From contig OZ024742.1 of assembly GCA_964016885.1 (NCBI GenBank), positions 12,152,001 through 12,216,000 of the forward strand: a stretch of 64,000 bases of DNA. Direction: 5' to 3'. A program made the position numbers and the translations under genes. This document shows positions 12,215 to 25,553 of the stretch, one piece after another; positions within the stretch are counted from its first letter, which is position 1, and each line of letters opens with the position of its first letter. Source of the DNA: Eledone cirrhosa (Eukaryota). The notes under the pieces are model-generated. The model saw nothing but the letters and a program-made list of their open reading frames with translations. It made no database searches and was not told where the DNA came from.

Positions 12215-13479
12215 ACGATATCAACAGTTGGTGGGGTGGGCGAGATGAGCAACTGAACAGATAATTGTGTAAGATTGGAAATCTTGGTGGACGATGTAAG
12301 ATTTTAAATATGATTGACTCACTTGTCATTTTACCACACATTTATGAGACTGAAATCCAGCCAACTTAAGGTGTAGAGTCTGTCGTGCACACACCGCATT
12401 TCCCTTACTTCCGATATCTATCCTTTGTAATTGAAATTTGTTGAATAAAAATCAACATTAAAAATCAACAAAGAAGTAATCCCGGAACAAAACAATAAAC
12501 ACAACAAAAAATTACTAACTTTGATGAAAATCTTGAAAGAAACATGAAAGTTTGCTGAATGTCAGAAAAAGACACTAATCTGTTAGATTTTAAATAATAA
12601 GGAAGTATTTCAACATATGCTACTGAAAAACAAATCTTTAATAAAGATATACAAAGAAGATATACAAGAACCTGTATAAAAGACCAGGAGACTAAATAGG
12701 ATCAAGGAACCGGTAACAAACATTTACCAAACATTTTTGGTGTGAATGTGAATAATTACTATAAAGGAGGATGGCTGAAAGTTATTCCATGTGAAAGTTG
12801 GTGATGAGGGAAAACACGTTGTAAGTGAAACTGTGGAAATGTGCAACTTTCGCCTAACATTCAAAATGAGAGCTTTTATTCATATGAGCTATTGCATAAG
12901 CACCACTCATATGTACATACACACACAACACATACACCACATTCACACACACGTACGCAAACACACACAGTATGTAGTATCATTACTGATATTCTAAATC
13001 TTACACGAAAACAAAAACTTAAAATTTTTATTACAAACAAATAGAGAACTTGCATTTTTTTCAGTTTTCTGTTATGAAAGGTTTTAGTTTCACTTTCCTT
13101 TTACATGTCAGATAATTCTGCTTCAACCCTAATGTGTTGGTCAATAGTGATTAGATACACACAGACATTTCTTAATTATGGAGAGATTACCTGTCAGACC
13201 ACTGATAGCTTCATCAGCAGGTACGAGTTTTGAAACAAAAGAAATGTTATTACAAAAATAAAGCAGAATATATTTCGTTGGTTGACGAAATATGGAATTA
13301 TTCCCTGACTAAATATTTTGATAGAAGGGGGGGGGGGGTGAATGAGGCTGAACAAAACACAGATACACACACCCACACGTGCACACACACACACGTGCAC
13401 ACACAGACACAAGTATTCTTCTTTAAACACTTCGCTAGAATAAAGAAAGGAAAGACACAGAAATATCCACCCTAAAATA

Positions 13480-13606
13480 ATAGAGAGAGAGAGAGAGGAA
13501 GAGCGTGAGAGAAAGAGAGAGGGTGGAAGAGAGAGAGAGGAAGATACGGATGTGATTACACAAGTATTCCACCATTAAATACTACGAGAGGGAGAGAGAG
13601 ATAGAT

Positions 13607-13663
<57 letters not shown>

Positions 13664-13783
13664 GAGAGAGAGATGTAATTATACAAGTATTCCACAACTA
13701 AATACTACGAGAGGGAGAGAGTGGGAGAGGGAGAGAGAGAGAGAGGGAGGGAGAAAGAGGAAGAGAGAAAGAGAGAGAGGGGG

Positions 13784-13817
<34 letters not shown>

Positions 13818-13930
13818 GAGAGAGAGAGATGTAATTATACAAGTATTCCACAACGAAACACTACGAGAGAGAGGGGGGAGGAGAGAGAGAGGGCGAAAGA
13901 GAGAGAGAGAGGGAGGGGGGGAGAGAGATT
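13480..13930. repeat. (GA)n-rich tandem repeat with three copies of gatgt(a/g)atta(t/c)acaagtattcc..tacgaga
   Basis: Units start near 13549, 13672 and 13828. Confidence 0.85.
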
Positions 13931-14187
13931 CTCCAATAAGTAGTGACAATCAATTCTAATAAAATCTATCATTTCTTCCAAGAGTGAAATCAAAATACAT
14001 AATTTAAATTTAATGTCTACAATTATGTAAAATGGAGCATGTAAGTTTCCGCATCGCTAGGTTAATATAATGTCTGGAAACAACCGGACTTTAGAAAACG
14101 TTTAATAATAATTATTATTATTTAACTACAAGTCCATATTGATCTAGGAGTTGTATGATAAAGGCTTTCCTTCTATATTTTTATTGG

Positions 14188-14998
14188 AATACCAGCAGCA
14201 ATACGCAGCGTTGACTGGGTAGGTAAATTAATATCTACTTTGATGAAAAGGTGTTGATCTTAGCGACAGCTTCTCGATGACTCATCTATGGCCACACACA
14301 GGCCATGCGGGAGAGGGTGGTGATGACCTCTATCACTGTGAAACGCCGGTGCCTGACGAAGGGGCATGCTGGGGAAGGGAGTTTCGAATTTGAACGAAAT
14401 CGGTTGAAAAATATGGGAGCTAGAGCCGAAAAGGCGGAAATTTGAGCGAAAAGGTGGTATTTTCGAATATTTAAGCGGCTGCCACGCCGTTCCTGAACAA
14501 ACAATCCAAAATGTAAAACCACTTTTAAGACGTGAAATAATCAGATCTAGCGTAGTGTAAAATTTGAACAAAGTAGGTTGATTAATGTGGGAGCTAGAGC
14601 CGAAAAAGTGGAAATTTGAGTCTAAAAGTGGTATTTTTGAATATTTAAGCGGCTGCCACGCCCTCATTTAACAACGAATGAAAAATGTAAAGCCGTTTCA
14701 GGATGTGCAATGCAATGATAAATTCTATTTGGCTTTAAAATTTGAACGAAATCGGTGGCAAAATGTGGGAACTAGAGCCAAAAACCTTATTTTTCGATTC
14801 CTAAAAAAAGGTGCCCCCCCTATCGATTTTTATCTACAGAATGACCCTGGAATAAAAAAAAACATACGCTGATATATAGAAAACATTCCCCAATGACTAA
14901 TCTATGAGTCTGTAAAGTTTCATGAAAATCGGTCGAGAGATGTAGGCCCCTACGGACAGACAGACAGAGAAATTGTTGGTTATGTATTATAAGGAGAT
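14188..14998 (+). mobile_element. Non-autonomous Helitron/Helentron-like (Lep1/DINE-type) element with 2.3 internal units of about 175 bp
   Basis: 5' taccagcagcaatacgcagcgttgactggg; 3' aagtttcatgaaaatcgg..(GACA)n..tattataag; tandem units at about 14387, 14561 and 14739. Confidence 0.55.
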
Positions 14999-15047
14999 AA
15001 TATATCTAGTGAAGGTATTGTTCTTTTTTAAAACATTATTTCTTGTT

Positions 15048-15392
15048 GGTGGTTTGGTAGTATCGGTAGAGCGTCAGACACCATGCTTTAACGCATTGAG
15101 TTACGGCCCTTTGCTTTCTGGGTTCAAATCCCGCCGAGGTTAGCTTTGCTTGTCATCCTTACGGGGTCGATAAAATAAAGTACCAGTCATGCAATGTGGT
15201 GATATTAATTGATTTCCCCTCCCCCAAAATCAGAAAGCAATATCAACCACGGAAATGTGGTGGTTTGGTAGTATCAATAGAGAGTCGGATAACATGCTTT
15301 ATGGCATAGAGTTATGTCTCTTTACGTTCTGAGTTCAACTCCCGCCGAGGTTAGGTTTGCCTTTCATCGTATCGGGGGCGTGAAATAAAGTA
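15048..15392 (+). mobile_element. Two tandem SINE copies
   Basis: Same A/B boxes and central domain as 3813-3997. Confidence 0.85.
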
Positions 15393-15921
15393 TCTAAATC
15401 ATGAACCAATATTAACCAATGTTGACACAAAACGATAAATAAAATTAAAAACTGTGTTGCAGAAAACACTTGGATACAATTTCAAAACCGTTGTGAGATT
15501 CCATTCGTAAAATAAACGAAAAGCAGCTCGCATTGAGTGACTGTTTAATATTGAAAAAAGACACAAGGGAAGTTTGATAAAGATATATTTACAAATACAT
15601 AAAAAAAAACTGCTAGATGCACAATTAAAGAAGAAATAACATAACTGAATTAATTACGTTGCATTGTAATGGATGAAAGTGGGGTATATAGCAAATTGAA
15701 GGTAATATGTAACAACACTCTATCTACTCTGGTATTAATATAGTTATATAATATTCCTAACTGAAAGATAACTGAATTAGTAAAAGGAGAATAGGAAAAC
15801 TAGAAAATTAATGACACTTTTGGGAATACACCATTATTAGGTGGCACAGAAAATATTATATTATGAATACATTCAAGTAGAGTTTTTTACAACTAGAAAG
15901 TTATTAGGAGACCTAGAGATA

Positions 15922-16272
15922 TATGAGGATCTGCTGAAAAGTTTATAGGCTGACCAAGATACTCACATGGATTGACCAAATGAGGTTTATTTTTCAATAC
16001 AGTCCATGTAACGAAACAAGGCAGTTAGTTATGAATAAGAATAGTTGAAATTAATGCATCCAAGATTTCACAGCTCTAGCGTCACTCTTTCATAGGCTAA
16101 CCAAGATATTTTCATGGAATGACCAAATGAGGTTTTTTTTTTCAACATAGTCCCTGGAAAGAAACAAGACAGTTATTAATAAGAAAAGTTGAAATTAACA
16201 CATGTACGATTTCACAGCTCTAGCGTCACACCTTCATAGTCAGTCCATAAACTTTTCAGCCGACACTGAATG
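15922..16272. mobile_element. Tc1/mariner-type MITE with an internal tandem duplication of about 147 bp
   Basis: Imperfect TIRs tatgaggatctgctgaaaagtttat / ataaacttttcagccgacac; direct repeat 15945-16091 and 16092-16240. Confidence 0.6.
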
Positions 16273-16452
16273 ATTAAAAATACAAAATAAATAACTACAA
16301 AACATTAAGAAATTAAAAAGAAACAAGTGTTCTTGTCTGATGACCCTGTGATAAATAGGCGAAACTCCAGAGTAACAAGACTCATTATTTAGCCTTATAT
16401 TTAAACTCCACTTCGGTATTGAGTACGCTTTTTCTTCAACCTTCAACTACAC

Positions 16453-16502
<50 letters not shown>

Positions 16503-16505
<3 letters not shown>

Positions 16506-16689
16506 TTTATCCCGGGTTCAATCGGGGTAACCACAGTAAGTAAGCCACTCAATACATAGCAGAGTATAAATATTTAATAAAAAAAGGCTTCTACAGGACT
16601 AGAACTGTTTCATTCGGTAGAAATCATCAGGAAGCCTAATGATTTCTACCGAATGAAACACTTCTAGTCTTGTAGAAGCCTTTCTATAT

Positions 16690-16693
<4 letters not shown>
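16503..16693. mobile_element. PLE pseudo-LTR foldback (family C) in (TA)n; intact HHR at 16586-16636 on the minus strand
   Basis: Reverse complement: ggcttc-CTGATGA-tttctaccgaat-GAAA-cagttctagtcctg-TA-gaagcc; the plus arm has a mutated core (ctaatga). Confidence 0.85.
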
Positions 16694-16735
<42 letters not shown>

Positions 16736-18210
16736 TGAATATGTTTGGTGTATTGTGAAATGTCTTTTGCACATAATTGTATATATTCTTACACTTTTGT
16801 CGTCACTAGCGTATTTATATATTTCGCATTTATTCTCTCTTGTGGCAAATACAAAACCAAATCGTTTTTTTTTTAACTATTATTATGTGTTGGCTTTGAA
16901 TTCTAGCGCGTAAACGCTCGCTATTCAAACAGTTCCCGTTTTGGCTTGTTACGATGTTTGTTTTCTCCAACTTAAGATGTGTTGTGTTTACTTTGCTATT
17001 GTTATCTAAAGGTAGAAAACGAGAGTTTAATTTTTATATTTTTACAAATTTATGAAAATAATTTGTTTATTTGCCATATACATCGAGATATATATTTTTT
17101 CAAAATGGCTACGCTAGTGGTGGGTGGCTAGATTTCAGAAAATTGTGGTAACAAACACCCTCCTTCTAAAGATGTGAAAGAAAATGAAAATCTTTTGTGT
17201 ATTGGGAACATTTGTCCAAATAGCATTAATAATTCCAGCATTGAAAACAACGCTAACAATGATATTATGAAAAATAAATCAAAAATATTTTTTAAATTTT
17301 TATTCTTGATACAAGCGCATATGAATATGACGGCAAGAACTGCAAGTTATAGCAGTAATAATGGTAATTTCTGTCAAGAAATATTGGAAAAATAACAATA
17401 GTAATGAAAAAGGCAGAATCGAGAACCAAACATATTTATATTTTGTGTATATATTTCTATGTTTATGCAGGATGTAGAATAGGAAGAAAAACAGTACCAC
17501 ATCAACAACCTCGGCAGCGTGAGACATCATGAAAACCCACCAAAAATAAACTTTATATATATATTATTAAATCATTAAAGACCTCAAGCCTCACATAATC
17601 CATATTTTATATAAGAAACGGTTTCTCGTTAGACAAATTATGGTTTTGTTGCTATTGCTGATGTTGTTTAACCCCTGATCAATCTACAATCTAACAGAGG
17701 TTCAAATACATGTCAAACACGAACCCTTTATCTTTTATGTAATTATTGTATCGAACACCGTGGAACATTTGTGAGTTGAACGTTTTATACGATTGTCATA
17801 TCTCTGAAACAGTTATATATTCTTACTTTAATAGTTTGGTTTCTATTCTATATGTATATATTTATATATATTTTAATAGTTTATCAAATGCATATTTGAG
17901 AAAAATATCCAGCGGGCTCATCAGTTAATATTGAATATATCGCCGTAAGGGGGCTATATGACAAATATGATGCATTTATCCCTCGGGTGAAGGTAATTTT
18001 ACTACGCCAATTGCTAAATATGACACCCAACACGTAAAATTAAAGAAAATTCCGAATGAAAAGCAAAGTAATCAGGATAATACAGAGTGATGAATATATG
18101 AGAATTAACATTTCATATAGGAATAGATTAATTGGACTTATTTAATATCTTCAACTAATAAACATATAGGAATTATTTTTTATAAAATATGTCTATATAT
18201 ATATATATAC

Positions 18211-18305
<95 letters not shown>

Positions 18306-18459
18306 GCAGAACTCTAGCTGACAAAATCAATTAGGGTCTGAATGAAGAATTATGCATGAAAATGTGTACAAAAATATCATTTATATAAATGTGTGTGCGC
18401 GTAGATGTATGTGTACATACACACACAACCATACACACACACACACACACAACCATACA

Positions 18460-18549
<90 letters not shown>

Positions 18550-18910
18550 GAAATACGTTCCTTCACGCACAAGGCGCCAAGGTACGCATGTATTGTCCAA
18601 CCAAATGCCAGTGTGGTTCAATGGCTGGTTAATAAATTAACGAGCCAGAACAAATATAAACAAGGTTTAGTAAATAATGAAAAAGTTTCAAAATAAATTT
18701 TTAAAAATTGACTTTACCTACTATAGTTACCTTTACCGATCGGTTTCGAATCCCAAAAATAAAACGGAGACCATACGGCCTTCGTTGCAAAGAAAGATTC
18801 TCGTCAGAAGGTTCTTTTCATTCAAAGAATATAAAATTCCTGAATTTAAATCACAAACTAGCGCTATCAAAAACTGTTCCTGGGATGAGAGTGGATGATG
18901 TAGAACAGGT

Positions 18911-19130
18911 TTATCAAGGGCCGTAGCAAAGATAGAGGCAAAAGGAGGTAGGTCAAACTAGCCACAGCTATTACTAGCAGCAGTCAGAATGACCAAGTTT
19001 GTTCTCAACGTTAGTGGAGGTAGTAGTAAACGCTGAGAACAAACTTGGTCATTCCGACTGCTGCTAGTAATAGCTGTGGCTAGTTTGACCTACCTCCTTT
19101 TGCCTCTATCTTTGCTACGGCCCTTGATAA
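18911..19130. mobile_element. Hairpin element (MITE-like): 102-bp arms, 16-nt loop, 2 mismatches
   Basis: 18911-19012 versus 19029-19130; TA at both ends. Confidence 0.7.
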
Positions 19131-19219
19131 CCAACATGGCGCCAACGTGGCGCCAACGTGGTATGTTTGGCTACCCAAAGCTTCGCTGCTCACCAGGGCG
19201 AAGAGGGCAAACTGTCAAA

Positions 19220-19426
19220 GTTTTGGCAGTATTGGTAAAGCATCAGACACTATGCTTTGCAGCATAGAGTTATGGCCCATTACTTTCTGACTTTAAATCT
19301 CGCCGAGGTTAACTTTGCCTTTCATCCTTACGGGGTCGATAAAATAGAGTACCAGTAATACACTGGGGTCGATTTAATCGATTCCCCGCCCCTTAAATTG
19401 CTGGCCTTGTGCCTAAATCAGAAACA
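19220..19426 (+). mobile_element. SINE copy abutting the left end of the Chapaev-like transposon
   Basis: A/B boxes, central domain, ends gcctaaatcagaaaca. Confidence 0.85.
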
Positions 19427-21389
19427 TTTTTTGTTCCCCGGTTCTAAGTGTCATTTCATGGTTTGTTATATCCCATTATTATTTAAAAAAACACTATTAT
19501 TTACTCAGAAGTTTGGGTTTGTGGTCAGGAGTTTGATATTTCGAAATTTTCATATTTTTCAAGAAAAAACACAATTTTTAAAAATTTAGCAGTTCATATA
19601 ATTAAATCAACAGAGTATATATTTATTTTATTACACAAGCTTATCAAAAGCAAACAAGTAAAAACAAATAACACTTATAAAGCAACTTATACACGTCAGA
19701 AATGACTGGATTTCCTGGATTTGCGGTTGTAGTCCAGGTCGCATTCCCGCACTAGCCCCCAGATAGAGTCCCCCATCATGTTTTCATTGTAGTGGCCCTG
19801 GTACCTCCACTCAATCTCTTTCACATCTTGGTGGAATCGTTCGCCTTGTTCTTCTGAGTAGGTGCCCATATTGTCCTTGAATTTTTCCAGGTGAGCGCCC
19901 AGCATATGGAGTTTAAGCGACACCCTGCATCCCATGGCGCCAAAAGCCTTTATCAAATCCTGCACCAGTTGATGGTAGTTTTCAGCTCTGTAGTTGCCCA
20001 GGAAGCCCTTAACAACTGCCCTGAAACAGTTCCATACTGTTCTCTCAATCCTATTGAGCTTATTGGAGAACTCGGTAGACTCAAACACCTTCTTTATCTG
20101 AGGCCCAACAAAAATTCCACCTTTGATTTTGGCCTCAGATAACTTGGGGAAGAACTCAAGAAGGTACTTAAAAGCAGCTGATTCTTGGTTGACAGCCTTC
20201 ACAAATTGCTTCATCAACCCCAACTTAATGTGCAGTGGCGGCATGAGCACAATCCTGGGATCAACCAGTGGCTCCCACATGACGTTCCGGGTCCCAACTA
20301 CACATTCTGTTCGCTGCTCCCATTTCTTTCTTTTGTAGTGGTCAGAGGTGGCTCTACTGTCCCAAAGGCAGAGGAAGCGTTGGAATTTGATAAAGCCTCC
20401 TTGAAGTCCAAGCAGGAAAGCCACCATCTTGAAGTCTCCAATGATTTCCCAATTGTACTGGTCGTATTGCAGAGCTTCCAAGAGGACTTTCACACAGTAG
20501 TAATTTTCCTTCAGGCAGACTGAATGAGCTAGGAGGAGTGTCGGGAACTTGTTTCCATTGTGGAGGAGGACAGCCTTCAAACTTGTGGTGGAGCTGTCTA
20601 TAAATAGCCGCCACTCCTTGGGCACAAACGGCACCCCAATAACGTCAAACAGTCTAGGCACGTCATGGCTGAAGCAGAGGCCATCCCTAGGAGTGTAAAA
20701 GCCTGAGAAAGGTTCGTGTCGACTTCTCTGACTTGTCACCTGCACTTCCTCCTTGACTAAGTTCCACTGATTCATCCTGGAGACGAATAGCTCTGCATTG
20801 GACTTGGTCAGACCCATATCCCTGACCAAGTCATTGACTTCTTTTTGGTTTGGGAAGTGAGGAACTTTTTCTGGTCCCTTAGGGAGGTAATCCAAGTCCT
20901 CAGCATCCATCTCCACCTCTTCATCAGAATACTTGTCTTGGAAAAAAAATTTGATATGCAATAGGAAATAAATATTGGAAAGGGAAATACATATTTAAAT
21001 AGTATAAAAGAACACTAATCATACTAATGAAAATTCGTGCTTAAAACACAACTTACCCTTTATTCAGGGTGCGAAAATCCAGTATCAATAAATCTCTTTA
21101 ATCCACTTTTTAACAATTTTATACTTTATTGCACTTTTATAATTTTCTTTATTTTATAATTTTAATTTAACCTGAAACATATATAAAAAAAAATCATTTA
21201 ACATAAGCAAATTAAACATACAACGTAAAATCCAGCATACAAATAATTCTAGTGAATAGCTTAGAATTTTTACAAACCCAAACTTTTAACTGTTTAATAG
21301 CACTTTTTTAATATTTATTTGGGACCTAAGCAACACAAAAGGGTGATTACAAGCCAGGAACAGAGAACAAATTTTTTTTTTAGACGGTG
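19427..21389 (-). mobile_element. Chapaev3-like (CMC superfamily) DNA transposon
   Basis: Minus-strand terminus CACCGTCTAAAAA at 21389 flanked by TTA; imperfect subterminal inverted blocks (tttgttc, a few bp to gttc; ctatta; agtttgggtttgt) at both ends; left tip missing. Confidence 0.75.
19696..20961 (-). CDS. Chapaev3-like DDE transposase core, stop-free for 421 codons, lacking the N-terminal Zn-binding region
   Basis: Motifs WRLFIDSS, LKAVLLHNGN, GDFKM, CLWDSR, PPLHIKLGLMKQFVKA, SEEQGERFHQD. Confidence 0.85.
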   Translation of the reverse strand: MHIKFFFQDKYSDEEVEMDAEDLDYLPKGPEKVPHFPNQKEVNDLVRDMGLTKSNAELFVSRMNQWNLVKEEVQVTSQRSRHEPFSGFYTPRDGLCFSHDVPRLFDVIGVPFVPKEWRLFIDSSTTSLKAVLLHNGNKFPTLLLAHSVCLKENYYCVKVLLEALQYDQYNWEIIGDFKMVAFLLGLQGGFIKFQRFLCLWDSRATSDHYKRKKWEQRTECVVGTRNVMWEPLVDPRIVLMPPLHIKLGLMKQFVKAVNQESAAFKYLLEFFPKLSEAKIKGGIFVGPQIKKVFESTEFSNKLNRIERTVWNCFRAVVKGFLGNYRAENYHQLVQDLIKAFGAMGCRVSLKLHMLGAHLEKFKDNMGTYSEEQGERFHQDVKEIEWRYQGHYNENMMGDSIWGLVRECDLDYNRKSRKSSHF

Positions 21390-21405
21390 TTATATTATAT
21401 TATTT

Positions 21406-21586
21406 AGTGATTTGGCAGTATCGGTAGAAGGTCGGACGCCATGCTTTCCAGCATAGTTACGTCCCTTTACGGTCTGAGTTCAAATCCCGTCGAGGTTAAC
21501 TTTGCCTTTCATCCTTACGGGGTCGATAAAATAAAGTACCAGTAATGTACTGCGTAATTGCTGGCCTTGTGCCAAAAGTAGAAACA
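21406..21586 (+). mobile_element. SINE copy
   Basis: A/B boxes and central domain. Confidence 0.9.
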
Positions 21587-21667
21587 ATTATTTAATTATG
21601 TTAACACGCGGAAAAAGGCGCCACCCGAGGGTGCATGGCCCAATGAATATTGCTACACACACACACA

Positions 21668-21768
<101 letters not shown>

Positions 21769-21789
21769 GCGTGTATGTGTGTTTGTATA

Positions 21790-22500
21790 TCCGTAAAGAA
21801 GGACTGGACATACAGTTACCACACTCCGGCCCTTCACTGCGTGGACACTTGTCTCAAAAGCAATCCAGAGACAACAACAACCAATGCTCGCTGACCAACT
21901 GCCCAATCCGCGATACAGGTATGTACCAGCGGACACATGTGGTATACCGGATTGAATGCAACAAATGTTCTACATTGATAACATGACTCGAGCATTCCAC
22001 ACTCGCATTAAAGAACACCTCAACACATGCATCTTCATAAAAAAAAAATACATTGACAAATGTAGAAACATCAACAAACATATTACTGTTACTATTAAAG
22101 CCAGTGATAGAAATGTGGGCAACTTAAGAATTAAGGAAGCCTTGCTTATACGTAGACTCAACCTGGAAATAAATAATAGATTAGAACTCAGTACACAGTA
22201 CTTGATATAAAACGACACACCCACAGGTACACAAACTAAACATCTCATATAAAAAAGAAATTGATTTCGTGAAATACTATATTGACAATTGACGTCATTC
22301 ACGTGGAAAGCGAAATATCCATTGAAAAACGCTTGAAAACGACTTAGAAAAATTTAAATAAAAATTAGAATTTAATCCCAAAGAGTGGAAATTGGAACAT
22401 TATCCACTGAAAGTTCCTTAAACCTTGAAGAAGGGACTTTTAGGTCCCGAAATATTAGACAGATAAAACAACAACAAGAACAAAACAAAACAAAGATTAC
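21790..22500 (+). mobile_element. 5'-truncated Penelope-like element: degenerate GIY-YIG endonuclease, 3' UTR and decayed HHR near 22420-22460
   Basis: CSLTNCPI..HVVYRIECNKC / FYIDNMTRAFHTRIKEH..LRIKEALLI..IN; ttgaaga-a-gggac..gtccc-GAAA. Confidence 0.75.
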
Positions 22501-22577
22501 CAGGTAACTTTTACTTTTCGTTACCTCATCTTACAGTCCATCTTGCATTGTTTAGCCTTCTACCTCTTTCAACAATT

Positions 22578-22748
22578 GGCAAAATTGGTAGAAAGGTCGG
22601 ACATGCTTTCCAGCGTAGTTACGTCCCTTTACGATCTGAGTTCAAATCCCGCCGAGGTTAACTTTGCCTTTCATCCTTACGAGGTCGATAAAATAAAGTA
22701 CCAGTAATATACTGGTGAGTTGCTGGCCTTGTGCCTAAAATAGAAACA
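22578..22748 (+). mobile_element. SINE copy
   Basis: B box and central domain. Confidence 0.85.
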
Positions 22749-22751
22749 GTT

Positions 22752-22815
<64 letters not shown>

Positions 22816-23123
22816 TTTGTATTCTATCGGTAGTTGTCAATCACTTTCTGTATCTCTCACAGTTCTGAAAGAAAGGAAAACAAAATAAAACAAAGGTAAA
22901 GGTGCGAGACGTAATCCTAGGTTTAAGACCCGGATATATGACTGAAGCTCTAGTAGATCTTCAGGAAACCACCAATAATATCCACTTTCTTTATTCTCTA
23001 TTCTTCTTATTGTTATTATTAATATTTTTGTTGTTGTTGTTATACACACAAACACATACCCACACATACTCATATGTATAAAGATATAAATATATATATA
23101 TATATATATACATATTTATATAA

Positions 23124-23216
<93 letters not shown>

Positions 23217-23222
23217 CATATT

Positions 23223-23300
<78 letters not shown>

Positions 23301-23339
23301 TGTATATATATATATATATTTATATATATAAATATGTAT

Positions 23340-23397
<58 letters not shown>

Positions 23398-23399
<2 letters not shown>

Positions 23400-23480
23400 G
23401 AAAAAGTATGACCCCGACGGCAGAGCTCAACCCGTTTCGACGGCTATTTCCGGACTAAATTTGAATTTTTAGCCTGGTGA
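23398..23480 (-). mobile_element. Family I fragment (3' half of an HHR, GAGCTC loop)
   Basis: accccgacggcagagctcaa.ccgtttcgacggctatttccggact, shared with 41620, 42537, 49825 and 50376. Confidence 0.75.
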
Positions 23481-23482
23481 AC

Positions 23483-23550
<68 letters not shown>

Positions 23551-24276
23551 ATTAAATATATACATATATATATATGTCTGTGTGTGTGTATCAGTATTCG
23601 TATGTATGTGAGTTTGTGCGCCTCGATGCTACCTGTTTGAAGAAATTGCCTTCGCAATTTCTCATATAAGTATATATATTCTCTCCCTCTCTCTCCATCT
23701 TTCTCCCCCTCTCTCTCCTTCTCTTTCCCTCTCTCTCCCTCTCTCTCCCTCTATTTCCATCTTTCTCCCCCTCTCTCTCCTTCTCTTTCCCTCTCTCTCC
23801 CTCTCTCTCCCTCATCTCTCTATCTCTCTCCCCCCTCTCACACACACACTGGCAAACGCCAGGTATATGACAAGTATTGATTACTTTATAAATAGCTAGA
23901 AGAAAATACTTATTAAATTCCTATTGGTTTGTGTTGAGAATCTAGCGATGTTCAAACAACGAATTTTCATTTATTGAAGATTAAATTGTCTTCCTCATTT
24001 CATCATTCAGATTGTTTTATTTTTGTTTTCTCTCCTTTCTTCTCCAAAACATTTCCTGTTATTTGTAACTGCATTAGCCTTCTCGTTTCTGTATCAATCA
24101 TCGAGAGTTGAATATCGAATCATCTATTACTATTTGTTTGTCCCTATATATTTAGAATATAACCCATTAAAAAAACGAAATTAATATAAAAGATCTATTA
24201 CCACACTTATCAATGTCTCCTCTCCTATCTTCTTGCATTAATAGAACACATTTTTTAAAAATAACTATCCTGCTTT

Positions 24277-24380
<104 letters not shown>

Positions 24381-24438
24381 TTATATTTATATTTATTAAA
24401 ATTATATATATATATATATATATAAATATATATATATA

Positions 24439-24599
24439 GTAATAATAATAAATTTGAAGACTAAAATCTTCCTCCGGTTGCAACGTTTTTTGAAATATCC
24501 ACTTCTGCGTTTACAGATTGACTTTGTTAGTTTCAGAAGATCCCGTTAAGGGTGAAAGCAGCGATTCTTTGCTTAAACTTTAATCTGTTATTTTAATAA

Positions 24600-24600
<1 letters not shown>
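24439..24600 (+). mobile_element. Internally deleted mini-copy of the 44.6-47.0 kb PLE; CAGAAGA-core HHR at 24529-24579
   Basis: 5' cap gtaataataataaatttgaagactaaaat fused to cttcctccggttgc..ttttaataa; (TA)n on both sides. Confidence 0.85.
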
Positions 24601-24657
<57 letters not shown>

Positions 24658-24670
24658 TTATTTATATATA

Positions 24671-24716
<46 letters not shown>

Positions 24717-25164
24717 CTCTCTATTCCTATCTCTATTGCCCCTGTCTCTATCTCCCCCCCCCCCTCTCGCTCCAGTAGTGGGGTCAGCTTTTATCAGTTT
24801 TTAAAGTTTTTATAGTTTCATGAAAATGTATGGTTCTTACAAGACATATCATTGTTTCATTGTTTAACAATAAAGCAACTATAATTTTATTCTTTTAAAG
24901 GTTTCAGTATTTTAAATGCGACCATATTTTGCATGGGTAAAATTTCAATATACTTTTCAATATTTACGAAATTGCTAACTTCTACTTCTCTGTGAAATAC
25001 AGTCCTTGGCAGTGGAGTTACTAAGCCGCGCTCGATGGATAACGGAACGAAATTCTTGTTGAGAAAGAGATATCCTTTTTCCATCTTAGGATACATTACT
25101 GGCTTGCATTTTACGCAACTTGGTGCCTTCTGATTCCCAGAAACCAATCGAAGATATTTATAAT

Positions 25165-25553
25165 TGTTTCTACTATTGGCACAAGGTCAGCAATTAACCA
25201 GTGTATTACTGGTACTTTAGTTTATCTACCCCGTAAGGATGAAAGGCAAAGTTAACCTCGGCGGGATTTGAACTCAGAATGGCAAGGGCCGTAACTCCAT
25301 GCGTCAAAGCATGGCGTCCGACCCTCTACCGATACTGCCAATTCACCGCCCTTGATATTTATATAACTGTTTCTACTTTTGGCACAAGGCCAGCAATTAC
25401 CCAGTGTATTACTGGTACTTTATTTTATCGACCCCGTAAGGATGAATGGCAAAGTTAACCTCGTCGGGATTTGAACTCAGAATGGAAAGGGCTGCAACTC
25501 TTTGCGTCAAAGCATCGCGTCCGACCCTCTACCGATACTGCCAATCCACCACC
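25165..25553 (-). mobile_element. Tandem SINE pair (25165-25351, 25368-25553) bounded by three gatatttat(at)aa repeats
   Basis: Seen directly. Confidence 0.9.

Noticed and set aside
13480-14790. CRISPR-like repeat arrays
   Set aside because: Eukaryotic tandem repeats with microsatellite or homologous spacers; no cas genes.
17100-17555. Hydrophobic minus-strand ORF (FWWVFMMSHAAEVVD, faintly like ELOVL SKxxExxDT) and a plus-strand Asn-rich ORF
   Set aside because: No HxxHH motif or partner exons; composition is explained by AT richness.
24887-25147. 86-aa ORF with YPKMEKGYLFLNK, faintly like SSRP1
   Set aside because: Similarity is too short and no splice structure or other exons were found.
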